Source: a virus
Lineage: Duplodnaviria; Heunggongvirae; Uroviricota; Caudoviricetes
Length of the DNA: 64,000 nucleotides
Reading direction: 5' to 3' (one strand)
Virus record (IMG/VR): IMGVR_UViG_3300034104_004745
Coordinates: 1 to 64,000 of that record
The notes under the pieces are model-generated. The model saw only the letters and a list, made by a program, of their open reading frames with translations. It made no database searches and was not told the origin of the DNA. A program made the translations under genes and the position numbers. Below are positions 9,677-18,122 of the stretch, in pieces (position 1 is the first letter of the stretch; each line of letters opens with the position of its first letter).

Positions 9677-11926
9677 TTATTTCTGTTCAAGTTTCTGTTT
9701 CAATCTAGCTAGAATTGAATCATTCCTATCTCTGAGTAAACTCATTAGTTTATTCCTATCGTTACCAGCATGCTGCATTAACTTCATCCATTTAGGTTTA
9801 AATTCATTACATGAATCAGGTTTAATTGGGCATATCAATCTAATATCCTCATCAAAATATACTTCATTCCATTTAACAAACCCTTCACCTTTATAATAAT
9901 CAATTAATACATTTAAAACAGTACCATCAATATCTTTACTTAATAAGTCATTAAGATGTCTATCTATTTTGCTACCTTCAAATTCAAATATGAATGTATA
10001 TAAGTGGCTTACTTTTCGATTTATATCATCCAAGATTTCATTTATTACCGGATCAAGAATATCTTTCATCTCTTTTGATAACATATTCTTATAATACTTT
10101 GGACCAAATAACTTTAATATTGTCTTTAATATTTTTTCATTATTAAATCCAACTTCCATAAACCTTTTAATAACATCAAAACGATTGTTTTCTATGATAC
10201 CTATTACAACTGTTTCATTTTCCATATAACTTGATAAACTTTTTAGTTTCTCAGTATCATCGTTTTTATAGTCAATTTTCTTATCACCCAAAGCATCTGT
10301 TCTGAATTTTGGTAACCAGGTTCTAACAAAGTTTTTGAATTTATCTGTTGGTGATCCCCAAAAAGCCTCAGTGTTTTCACAATACACTCCCGATGCAAAT
10401 CTTGATATTGGGTCCTTTATATTCCAATCACCGTGCTTAATCAAATAGAATATAATATCCCCGTTTTTAATCATTTGTTTTGGTCTAACACCTTCACCAT
10501 CATAAAACATATTATCCTCATTGCCAGCAAAAATTGTTTGAGATATATCTTTATAATCACTCAAATCCTCACAACTACTAAATCGATAGTACGATCCCAT
10601 AGATGCGATATCGTGAGAGTGTCTTGAAACAACACAATAAAATTTATCATTATCATCCAATCTTTTACTCTTTGCGTCAAGGAATAGATTATATCTATTA
10701 TAGATGTTTTGGTTATAATCTGATATGATCTTTGTTATCTTTACAACCTGATTTGTTTTATTATTGATAGCTCTGTTATTATCAAAGTCCTGGATGGTGT
10801 AGTCTATTTTAGCTAAGAATGATTTTATATCATCATATAATTGATTCTTTATATCCACATCCATTTCTAGCTTTGGCTTCTTAGCGGTCGGCTGTACTTG
10901 TTTACCTGTATTCAAATCATAATATAATCTAAACACATTTACACCGAATATATCCTCCAACCTTTTATCAGCACTGGTCTTCTTTTGAAATTGTCTGATT
11001 TGTTTGGATAAATTAAGATTAATGTTTTCGTTAACACTATCTTCCGGTTCTGAATTACTTAGTTCTTTATATTGTTTTATTTGTTTTGGCCATAATAGTT
11101 GGCTTCTAATATAATCATCTCTCTTAAGGTAATCTAAAACGTCTTTCCAATCATAACCTTTAGCATCTGTTATAGCTTTTAGTTTTTCCATAGAGAAATC
11201 ATCATTAGGTTTAAAGAACTTGTTAGATACTCTGTGGATTTTTTCATTTCCCTTGCTGTCTTTTTCAAGAATATCCCCGTATTTTCTTAAGAATGACTTT
11301 CTATCATATCTCGTCCATGGTTCATTGGTTTTGTTTCTAAAATATCTACCTTCATTAAACCATACCGATTTAATTTCATTTGGGTTTAGGTTACCAATGA
11401 ATAAAGCTTGCTTCTCATAGTTACCATATAAACTATCCCCAAGCTCTGGTCTATCACTCTTAGATATTCTATTGTTATGATAATCTCCCTCTGGATCTTC
11501 TTGTCTATACTTCTCCCTCTTTCTTATTGTCTCTTGATTTCTTTCTTCATCATCCTTAAAGCTTTTGGTATATTGTCCTTGAACAAAGTAAGTATCTTGC
11601 CCAGCCCACACCGGAGCTTCCAGATTTGTTGCACGTGTATCAAATTCTATTATGATCCCAGATCCGGCAAAGTTTTTCTTAACCACATTAAAGTCGGTGG
11701 AAACAAATAAACCCTTTGGGTTATTTCCAGATTCATATGAATATATTCTTGCAGCTCGCATTTCACCAGATAAACCATATGATAAAGTAACAAGAGCATC
11801 TGCTGGACTGTAGAAACCATGATAGACCCTGATCTTATCAGTATCTTTGATTGGTTCTTTGTCCTTGTAGTAATTTAAAACCTTTGTGTCTTCTAGAATT
11901 TGGTGGATTATACTTCTAAACTTCAT
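9677..11926 (-). CDS. Large hypothetical protein (749 aa). Its N-terminal module is shared with CDS 7945..8328 (MKFRSIIHQILED).
   Basis: Long ORF. ATG at 11926, preceded by the TATATAAATAT motif. Confidence 0.6.
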   Translation of the reverse strand: MKFRSIIHQILEDTKVLNYYKDKEPIKDTDKIRVYHGFYSPADALVTLSYGLSGEMRAARIYSYESGNNPKGLFVSTDFNVVKKNFAGSGIIIEFDTRATNLEAPVWAGQDTYFVQGQYTKSFKDDEERNQETIRKREKYRQEDPEGDYHNNRISKSDRPELGDSLYGNYEKQALFIGNLNPNEIKSVWFNEGRYFRNKTNEPWTRYDRKSFLRKYGDILEKDSKGNEKIHRVSNKFFKPNDDFSMEKLKAITDAKGYDWKDVLDYLKRDDYIRSQLLWPKQIKQYKELSNSEPEDSVNENINLNLSKQIRQFQKKTSADKRLEDIFGVNVFRLYYDLNTGKQVQPTAKKPKLEMDVDIKNQLYDDIKSFLAKIDYTIQDFDNNRAINNKTNQVVKITKIISDYNQNIYNRYNLFLDAKSKRLDDNDKFYCVVSRHSHDIASMGSYYRFSSCEDLSDYKDISQTIFAGNEDNMFYDGEGVRPKQMIKNGDIIFYLIKHGDWNIKDPISRFASGVYCENTEAFWGSPTDKFKNFVRTWLPKFRTDALGDKKIDYKNDDTEKLKSLSSYMENETVVIGIIENNRFDVIKRFMEVGFNNEKILKTILKLFGPKYYKNMLSKEMKDILDPVINEILDDINRKVSHLYTFIFEFEGSKIDRHLNDLLSKDIDGTVLNVLIDYYKGEGFVKWNEVYFDEDIRLICPIKPDSCNEFKPKWMKLMQHAGNDRNKLMSLLRDRNDSILARLKQKLEQK

Positions 11927-11937
11927 CTATATAAATA

Positions 11938-12162
11938 TTAGATAATCCTATTATCTGGGTACGATTCAAATATGAATTTCCTATTATATAGGTTGGACCA
12001 ACATCTCCCATCCATTTCAAATATCGCCGCATTATGTGCTGAAGCCAGTGCAGATCTCACATGTCCCTTAGCGAATTCAATCATAATTTCACTCATTGTG
12101 ATGTTCTTATTCTCCGCCATCATTTTCTCCATAAACTCTTGTGCACTTTGTTCCATTGTCAT
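11938..12162 (-). CDS. Hypothetical protein (74 aa). The start is re-called to the MTM ATG at 12162.
   Basis: The track start at 12228 lies inside a terminator hairpin. The ATG at 12162 is preceded by TAAATATAAATATTTTA. Confidence 0.4.
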   Translation of the reverse strand: MTMEQSAQEFMEKMMAENKNITMSEIMIEFAKGHVRSALASAHNAAIFEMDGRCWSNLYNRKFIFESYPDNRII

Positions 12163-12202
12163 TTTTATGTTCGTAAATATAAATATTTTAGCGATATAAA
12201 TA

Positions 12203-12242
12203 AATAAAAAACTAAAATCCCCATCCAATATGGACGGGGATT
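12203..12242 (-). terminator. Rho-independent terminator (11-bp stem AATCCCCATCC/GGACGGGGATT with one mismatch, then a T-run on the minus strand) downstream of CDS 12269..12664.
   Basis: Hairpin followed by a T-rich tract on the minus strand. Confidence 0.5.
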
Positions 12243-12268
12243 ATTACACTAACTAAGTACACAAAACA

Positions 12269-12664
12269 CTATCTTTTAACCAACGCATCAATCTTTTCAT
12301 ACTCTTCCCTAACCAGCAAATTCTCAATTGCTTTCTCTTTAGAGAATTGATATAACGATTTGTTATGGTCAAGATTACCACACATTAAATCTTCATATAA
12401 CTTGTCCGTAGATTCGTCGTCCAATACTTGATTTGGATCGTGACCTTTAGATTTGTTTAACATTTCCATTAAAGACATTACCTTACCAAATGCTATGTTT
12501 TCGTCATTAGTTAAGTTCAACTGTTCGTCAGTATCAAACATTCTTTGCATAACTTTTTTTGCAATTTCCTGTTCCTCTTTACTAACCACACTAAAGATGG
12601 GGTGTTCCATTATTTTAAAGAAGTCTTCGTACATATTAATTTTGTTTTGGTTTTTAAAATACAA
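12269..12664 (-). CDS. Hypothetical protein (131 aa).
   Basis: ORF. Confidence 0.5.
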   Translation of the reverse strand: MYFKNQNKINMYEDFFKIMEHPIFSVVSKEEQEIAKKVMQRMFDTDEQLNLTNDENIAFGKVMSLMEMLNKSKGHDPNQVLDDESTDKLYEDLMCGNLDHNKSLYQFSKEKAIENLLVREEYEKIDALVKR

Positions 12665-12685
12665 ATATAGAATTTTATTTTGATA

Positions 12686-13225
12686 TCACAACTTGATTTT
12701 TGTTTTTGTTCCATCGGGTTGTGAAAACATAATATGACTTGGTGTTGTCATAAATTCATTTGCGCCTTTGTTCTTAAACATTTCCATATACTCTTTTCCT
12801 TTGCCTGGTTTTAAATAAGCAATGGTCATATGTGGATGATAGTCCGGATATGTTTGAGTGTTGGGTAATATCTTTAATTTCTGATTACATTGATGTAATG
12901 AGGAATCCTTATTTGTTTGATAACCAATATCATATTTTAAAACATCAAACTCAGGATTCTCAAACAAAGATGGGTTAAATGCTCTTAAATTAGAAAATTT
13001 AAATTGATTAACAATATTTGTAACTTGATCAAGAGTGACCCCATCATGTAAACCATATAGTAATGTACAATGTGGCTCGTACTCAATACCAGGATCTTGC
13101 AAATCAGCAGGATTAATAGTATCTTGTAGTTTAATAATTTCACCAGGGAAATCACTGTAGAGCATAACGCAACCGTAGTCATAATTCTTCTTTCCTTCTG
13201 TAAGTAAATTACTTAATTTTAACAT
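12686..13225 (-). CDS. 2H phosphoesterase superfamily protein (LigT / 2'-5' RNA ligase-like, cyclic phosphodiesterase).
   Basis: Two H-x-T-x motifs (HCTLLY and HMTIAY) at the spacing expected for the 2H fold. Confidence 0.6.
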   Translation of the reverse strand: MLKLSNLLTEGKKNYDYGCVMLYSDFPGEIIKLQDTINPADLQDPGIEYEPHCTLLYGLHDGVTLDQVTNIVNQFKFSNLRAFNPSLFENPEFDVLKYDIGYQTNKDSSLHQCNQKLKILPNTQTYPDYHPHMTIAYLKPGKGKEYMEMFKNKGANEFMTTPSHIMFSQPDGTKTKIKL

Positions 13226-13231
13226 ATATTT

Positions 13232-13423
13232 TTAATTTTTTATTAAACCATTGGTAATTCCGGATGTTGCTGCGAACGCAAGAATTAAATATAAAGTCTT
13301 GGTCACCCAATGCCAAAGAAATAGATTAGGTTCGGTGGTTATAAACCAAAATATTAGATACCAAAATCCAAATCCAAAAATGATGCCGACTATGGCTAAT
13401 AACATTATTTTTAACGCTTCCAT
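13232..13423 (-). CDS. Small membrane protein (63 aa, 2 TM segments).
   Basis: Hydrophobic ORF. Confidence 0.45.
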   Translation of the reverse strand: MEALKIMLLAIVGIIFGFGFWYLIFWFITTEPNLFLWHWVTKTLYLILAFAATSGITNGLIKN

Positions 13424-13738
13424 TTATATGAAAAAATATTTGGTTTTTAATAAATCTAAATCATTCAATTTAACCCATTCCTCTTTTAGCCCGTGGCCAA
13501 AAGTGTCCACTCCTTCAAATGTCCATACAGGATTATACCATTCTAATGGGCCACCTTGTCTGAATACTTTTCTAAAGTTACCATCATCATATACTGGAAC
13601 ACATTGATCTTCGTAGTATTTGATTAATCTTTCTCTATTATCTGACATAACAGTTATTCTACCTGTTTCGGCTCTATCTGTCACTGGATTCATTACAAGG
13701 TAAAAAATTCTACCTTCCATTACTGTTCTAGTTTCCAT
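13424..13738 (-). CDS. Hypothetical protein (104 aa).
   Basis: ORF. Confidence 0.5.
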   Translation of the reverse strand: METRTVMEGRIFYLVMNPVTDRAETGRITVMSDNRERLIKYYEDQCVPVYDDGNFRKVFRQGGPLEWYNPVWTFEGVDTFGHGLKEEWVKLNDLDLLKTKYFFI

Positions 13739-13741
13739 AAT

Positions 13742-13894
13742 TTAACTTAAGTTGACGTAAAAAAATATTGCATCAAATCTTGAATGAGCAAGAAAGTATG
13801 TCCCATCCTTGCGTCGATACAGATTAACGTCTCTACCATTCACCATATCGGTAAATCGGTATTCAACAAAGGTAGCAAATAATCTACTAATCAT
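13742..13894 (-). CDS. Small hypothetical ORF (50 aa).
   Basis: ATG at 13894. Fills a 158-nt gap. Low information. Confidence 0.2.
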   Translation of the reverse strand: MISRLFATFVEYRFTDMVNGRDVNLYRRKDGTYFLAHSRFDAIFFYVNLS

Positions 13895-13896
13895 AA

Positions 13897-14136
13897 TCAA
13901 TATTTTATATATAAATGCTTTTTATTTTTACGATTCCGATCAGAATCAATTCTTTCTTCCGCCATTGTTAAATTATAAATAATATTTGGCGGCATTTGTT
14001 CCCAAGAAAAAAATCTTCTTTTTTCTGGTTCGTAATATTTCATTGAACCATGTTCAATTACTTTAATCCGATACTTAACACACGACTGTAATGTAAACAC
14101 TCCCATTAACATTACAAAAAATAATTGTTTTTTCAT
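13897..14136 (-). CDS. Small lipoprotein (79 aa): signal peptide with a lipobox-like LQSC.
   Basis: MKKQLFFVMLMGVFTLQSC is a Bacteroidetes-type lipoprotein signal. Confidence 0.5.
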   Translation of the reverse strand: MKKQLFFVMLMGVFTLQSCVKYRIKVIEHGSMKYYEPEKRRFFSWEQMPPNIIYNLTMAEERIDSDRNRKNKKHLYIKY

Positions 14137-14367
14137 TTATGTTGATCGATTCTTTTTATTAAACCTAGCAAAATAAGATGGTGTAGTCATATAATGTTTA
14201 AATGACATAAAATATCTAATATGTTCTCTACTTTGATTAACATATTCAAATGAGTTATTATACATCCTTTTAACAGTACAGTAATCCCCCTTATAAATAA
14301 AAGAGTCACCCGGTCTTAAATAAGGCCAGGTGACTAATGGTGGATTATCCATTGAATATTCTAACAT
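14137..14367 (-). CDS. Hypothetical protein (76 aa). The start is re-called to the ATG at 14367.
   Basis: The track start overlaps the upstream gene by 35 nt. The ATG at 14367 abuts the upstream stop. Confidence 0.4.
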   Translation of the reverse strand: MLEYSMDNPPLVTWPYLRPGDSFIYKGDYCTVKRMYNNSFEYVNQSREHIRYFMSFKHYMTTPSYFARFNKKNRST

Positions 14368-14368
14368 A

Positions 14369-14923
14369 CTACTTCTTGCTCTTTGTTTTCTTATCACAAC
14401 CACAAGATATTTTCAAGCCGTTGTATAAATTTCTGTAAAGATATGCTTTGATGGTTCCACACTTACAAGTTGCTTCAACCCATCTTCCTGGTTTATCAAG
14501 ATCTAATTCTCTAACCAATTTAAGCTTACCATATCTGCCACCTTTAACAAACTTAACAGTTCTACTAGTGTTTCTTGCTTGTTCTTTTGGTGTCGCCCAT
14601 CCACAGTTAGCTGGTGAATAGCCTTTGTTATTGTTGTAGCGTTCTAAACTGTAACCTGGTCCTGGTTTTCTACCTAAATCGTTTAAGAAGTTTATAAACC
14701 CAACACCCTTTGGCTTTCTCCAACGAGCACAGATCGTAATGTTTCTGTTGATATAGGTTTCATTATGGAAGATGTCGAACCTCTGGTAGTTACATCTTTT
14801 ATACATGTTTCTCCATGCATTGTATTCTGGGGTTCTTTTGTTCACATCCCCTAATTTCTTCGCGCTATTTTCGCCGTGGTAATAGCCTAAAGGTTTCTTT
14901 GTTGTTTTTTTTGTATTTTTCAT
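14369..14923 (-). CDS. Cys-rich modular protein, paralog of CDS 277..1224 (Y.AWRNMYKRC module plus a C-terminal G.RYGKL...CKCG...SCGC zinc-ribbon-like module).
   Basis: Shared motifs with 277..1224. 184 aa. Confidence 0.55.
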   Translation of the reverse strand: MKNTKKTTKKPLGYYHGENSAKKLGDVNKRTPEYNAWRNMYKRCNYQRFDIFHNETYINRNITICARWRKPKGVGFINFLNDLGRKPGPGYSLERYNNNKGYSPANCGWATPKEQARNTSRTVKFVKGGRYGKLKLVRELDLDKPGRWVEATCKCGTIKAYLYRNLYNGLKISCGCDKKTKSKK

Positions 14924-15044
14924 TTTATCTTTATTTTAATATAATATAGATAAAAAAAATCAAAAAACAAAATCTGGAGTGCATAAAATAAAAAAAACCT
15001 TAGATAATTCTAAGGTTTTCAATAGGTTATGAGATATTATTTTG

Positions 15045-15344
15045 TTATTTGTTTGGTTTTCTACCCTTTCTTGTAGCCCCGTTAGCAGCTTTTGCTACTT
15101 GTTTTGCCTGTTCGGTTACCTTTTTTGCTGCTTTAACAACATCTTTAGCCTCATCTTTAACTCTTTTAGCCCTTTTAGCCACTTCAACCTTCACTTCTTC
15201 TACTTTCACTTTAACTTCAGCTACTTTCTCTTCAACAGCATCAGGAACACCGTTTTTATCTTCGTCTTTTACGAATCCAAATTTTGTTGCTACTGCCACT
15301 CCGGCTACCACAACTGCAAGAATAATTAAAACTGTAATAAGCAT
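15045..15344 (-). CDS. Membrane-anchored Lys/Ala/Glu/Val-rich protein (99 aa), with an N-terminal TM segment and a charged coiled-coil-like tail.
   Basis: Preferred over the two antisense plus-strand ORFs: it matches the operon strand, has an ATG at 15344 and is preceded by the TATATATAAATATA motif. Confidence 0.5.
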   Translation of the reverse strand: MLITVLIILAVVVAGVAVATKFGFVKDEDKNGVPDAVEEKVAEVKVKVEEVKVEVAKRAKRVKDEAKDVVKAAKKVTEQAKQVAKAANGATRKGRKPNK

Positions 15345-15397
15345 AAATGTTATGTTTTATATATAAATATAATGAAAATTAAGAAAATTTTAAAGTA

Positions 15398-15607
15398 TTA
15401 ATCTGAATATTCTTTAAATGATTTCATGTGTTCAATGTACTCATCACATTGTTTTAGTTTAGTGATAAGTAGCCCTCTCACATACATTCCAAGTAATCTA
15501 TCATCTGTTGTTGATTCTATCAATTCTCTCGAAACCGTGACACTCTTCTTAGACTCTTCACTTAGTTCGATAGCTTGTTTAATATAAGGATTGTATCTTT
15601 TGCTCAT
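15398..15607 (-). CDS. Hypothetical protein (69 aa).
   Basis: ORF with a 1-nt overlap with the upstream gene. Confidence 0.45.
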   Translation of the reverse strand: MSKRYNPYIKQAIELSEESKKSVTVSRELIESTTDDRLLGMYVRGLLITKLKQCDEYIEHMKSFKEYSD

Positions 15608-16545
15608 TATATTTCAAATTTAACTCTAGGTTCAAAATTATCCGGTACTTGATCCCAAAAATCTTTTCCTACCTTCTCAACAAAAGTAACATCTTCATTA
15701 TCTTTCGTAATATTGATTTTTAATATTGGGTTACCCTCTTTAATTAACTTTTTTATTCTTTTCTCTACGTAAGGGATTATATCGTTATAGTAATCAGTAA
15801 ACCATTCTCCCCCAGTATTTCTGTCTTCATAATAATCATGTAGCTCGCTCTCTAAGTTTCTACATAATTTAGTGGGCATATACCAGGCTTTTAATGCTCT
15901 AACATACAATGGTGATAATGTTCCTCCGTGTCTTTTATCTTTGGATAATTCATCCATTCTTCTACCAACAATTTTAGCTATACCTATCTTCTTATCAAAG
16001 TATTTGAACTTAAATTGTTCTGGTCTCTCGTCTTCTTTCTTATCACCAAATTCTGCGATGTATAAAAAATATTTACTAACCGAATCTAATTCACTTTTTT
16101 CCTCTTCATCTTCAACAGATTTAATTGCAAATGTTTTAACACCATTGATGTCAATACTGTAATCTCTGAAATAATCTATTCTAAATTTAGAATGTTGACT
16201 GTAAGAGTTAATTGAATCGTATGTTTTCAAATGTCTTGATAATTCTTTGGCCGATGTGGCTATGATTTTTTCATTAACATTATCAATATCCATCACATCC
16301 ATAATATCAACAGCAAGAGCCTGTATTGATTCTGGAATGTCATATACCTTTGGTTTAATACCGCTAGCATCAACAATTGTTTCATTATTTAATAATTCCT
16401 TCCAGGTGATTTTAGAAAGGAATGTGTAGTCGCATTGAATCTCCTCAATACATTTTAATGTGAAATACCATTCGAAGTAACCCTGCGCTTTTAGATCTGC
16501 ATATATGAATTGTACATCAGCGTCAGTTAGATAAATTAACTTCAT
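15607..16545 (-). CDS. Hypothetical protein (312 aa).
   Basis: ORF with an ATG at 16545. Confidence 0.55.
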   Translation of the reverse strand: MKLIYLTDADVQFIYADLKAQGYFEWYFTLKCIEEIQCDYTFLSKITWKELLNNETIVDASGIKPKVYDIPESIQALAVDIMDVMDIDNVNEKIIATSAKELSRHLKTYDSINSYSQHSKFRIDYFRDYSIDINGVKTFAIKSVEDEEEKSELDSVSKYFLYIAEFGDKKEDERPEQFKFKYFDKKIGIAKIVGRRMDELSKDKRHGGTLSPLYVRALKAWYMPTKLCRNLESELHDYYEDRNTGGEWFTDYYNDIIPYVEKRIKKLIKEGNPILKINITKDNEDVTFVEKVGKDFWDQVPDNFEPRVKFEI

Positions 16546-16602
16546 TAAAAATTAATGTTTAATATAGTTTATTGCTAAGAAAAAATATAAGAAAAAAAAT
16601 CG

Positions 16603-16638
16603 ATAAAAAAAAATCCCCGTAATAAATTACGAGGATTA
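16603..16638 (-). terminator. Rho-independent terminator (12-bp stem AATCCCCGTAAT/ATTACGAGGATT with one mismatch, then T9 on the minus strand).
   Basis: Hairpin plus a T-run on the minus strand. Confidence 0.5.
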
Positions 16639-16660
16639 ATATTGTTACATGTAAGTTTGG

Positions 16661-16798
16661 TTAAAAAACCGCTTCGATTATGGCTTTAGCAAATACAAAT
16701 GCTGTTGTGAATATTAAAATACCAACAGCTGTTGCAATAACGAAGACCGCCACATCAACTAACTTTTCCCAATTAAATTTTTTCATATACTTAAACAT
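16661..16798 (-). CDS. Small membrane protein (45 aa).
   Basis: ATG at 16798. A single TM segment. Lies immediately upstream of the terminator. Confidence 0.3.
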   Translation of the reverse strand: MFKYMKKFNWEKLVDVAVFVIATAVGILIFTTAFVFAKAIIEAVF

Positions 16799-16839
16799 TA
16801 GTATTCCTTAATATAAGGAAACCATTTCTTAAAACAAAA

Positions 16840-18081
16840 TTATTCAGCATCTTTTTCTACTTTATCATCAGACATTGATTCAACACCATCGATAATAAAT
16901 TTAGAACACTTAACAATCACATTTAAATTTACCATAATCTTTTCTTTATTTGCTTTCCATAAAGCTAAGTATGTTGGGTGTTGTGTAACTGGTAATTCAA
17001 AATACTTCATAATAGCATATGATACAGACTCAGCTTGAAGCTCTCTCATCTCTGATGTTTGAGCTGCTGGATCGTCAATGTAGAATGGAGATTTTGTCTT
17101 CCAGTGTAATAATTCGTGAGCAAGCTCGTGAGCAAGTACACTCGCTTCTGCAACACCTTCAACATCAGATGATAAATTAATATGTTCACCAGCACTAAAT
17201 CCTTTTTCCCCACCTTTTGCTGTATCTTTTGTTATTCGTATGTTTAAAGATTCCGCAAACGCTTTTAATCTAGTGGTCAATGCATCAGCAACTTCGCTCT
17301 TTTCATTCTCAGCAAACCATTTAGGTTGTTCTGGTATTTTACCTTCATCATTTAATGGATATGTGTCAGAAATATCATATACCTTACCCATAGAAAATCT
17401 GGTAACAGTTTGACCCTTCTTAACAGCATCGTCAACCTGGCTAAAATCAACACCTGTAGTGTCAACTTCTGCATTTGATTTAACTTGCATTGGGAACCAA
17501 ATCCAAATTGGTGTAGCGCCCTTTACAACCCCTCTATTGGTTTTCTTCCATGTGTTATAACCAGCAACTTTCTTAGCATCTTTCTTTTGTAGATAGATCA
17601 AGAATGAATTGGTTAAACTATAGTTATGGAATCTACTATAGAATGTTAAATAGTTTCTGATAGCAGCATCCATTGCAGCCTGATCTGTAGCATTAGCTAA
17701 GTCGTTAATGTACATATCAAGCTTATCCATGATTAAGTTCTTCTTTGATTGTTCAACATCAGTGTCTTCAATGAAATCCTCAAGCGTTTCTAGATCGTTA
17801 ATGATCTTTCTAAGTTTATTATGACCTTTAATTAAAACATTAATGGCTTCTAACTTATCATAATCACCAACCCAGTGTCCCAGATCTGGTTTCCAATCAA
17901 AGCCTAATTTTCTAAACTCTTTAGATAAACCCATGGTTTCTTTAACCCTGTCTCGCTTATCTTCTTTGTCTGAAAATATAATAATTTTCTTATTGGTATC
18001 GTCTTTTTTAAGGAAAATATCTTCCTTTAAGTTACTTTGTAGCGTTGGCCACTCGGATTCTTTAATTCTAATCTTTTTCAT
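16840..18081 (-). CDS. ArdC-like protein: N-terminal ssDNA-binding ArdC-N (DUF1738) domain plus a C-terminal zincin HExxH metallopeptidase domain.
   Basis: RFHNYSLTNSFLIYLQKKDAKKVAGYNTWKKTNRGVVKG matches the ArdC-N signature. AHELAHELLHW carries HExxH. Confidence 0.55.
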   Translation of the reverse strand: MKKIRIKESEWPTLQSNLKEDIFLKKDDTNKKIIIFSDKEDKRDRVKETMGLSKEFRKLGFDWKPDLGHWVGDYDKLEAINVLIKGHNKLRKIINDLETLEDFIEDTDVEQSKKNLIMDKLDMYINDLANATDQAAMDAAIRNYLTFYSRFHNYSLTNSFLIYLQKKDAKKVAGYNTWKKTNRGVVKGATPIWIWFPMQVKSNAEVDTTGVDFSQVDDAVKKGQTVTRFSMGKVYDISDTYPLNDEGKIPEQPKWFAENEKSEVADALTTRLKAFAESLNIRITKDTAKGGEKGFSAGEHINLSSDVEGVAEASVLAHELAHELLHWKTKSPFYIDDPAAQTSEMRELQAESVSYAIMKYFELPVTQHPTYLALWKANKEKIMVNLNVIVKCSKFIIDGVESMSDDKVEKDAE

Positions 18082-18092
18082 AATATATAAAT

Positions 18093-18117
18093 ATAAAAAA
18101 ACCGGGAAATATCCCGG
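18093..18117 (-). terminator. Rho-independent terminator (CCGGGAaataTCCCGG, then T7 on the minus strand) downstream of CDS 18123..18533.
   Basis: Same AAAAAACCGG hairpin family as the other terminators. Confidence 0.5.
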
Positions 18118-18122
18118 CTATT

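Noticed and set aside
15042-15366. Two plus-strand ORFs (95 and 105 aa) overlapping the minus-strand ORF 15045..15344.
   Set aside because: They are antisense to a gene that fits the local operon strand and carries the conserved start motif. Their products are low-complexity (poly F/S/T/A), as expected from the reverse complement of a Lys/Glu/Ala/Val-rich gene.
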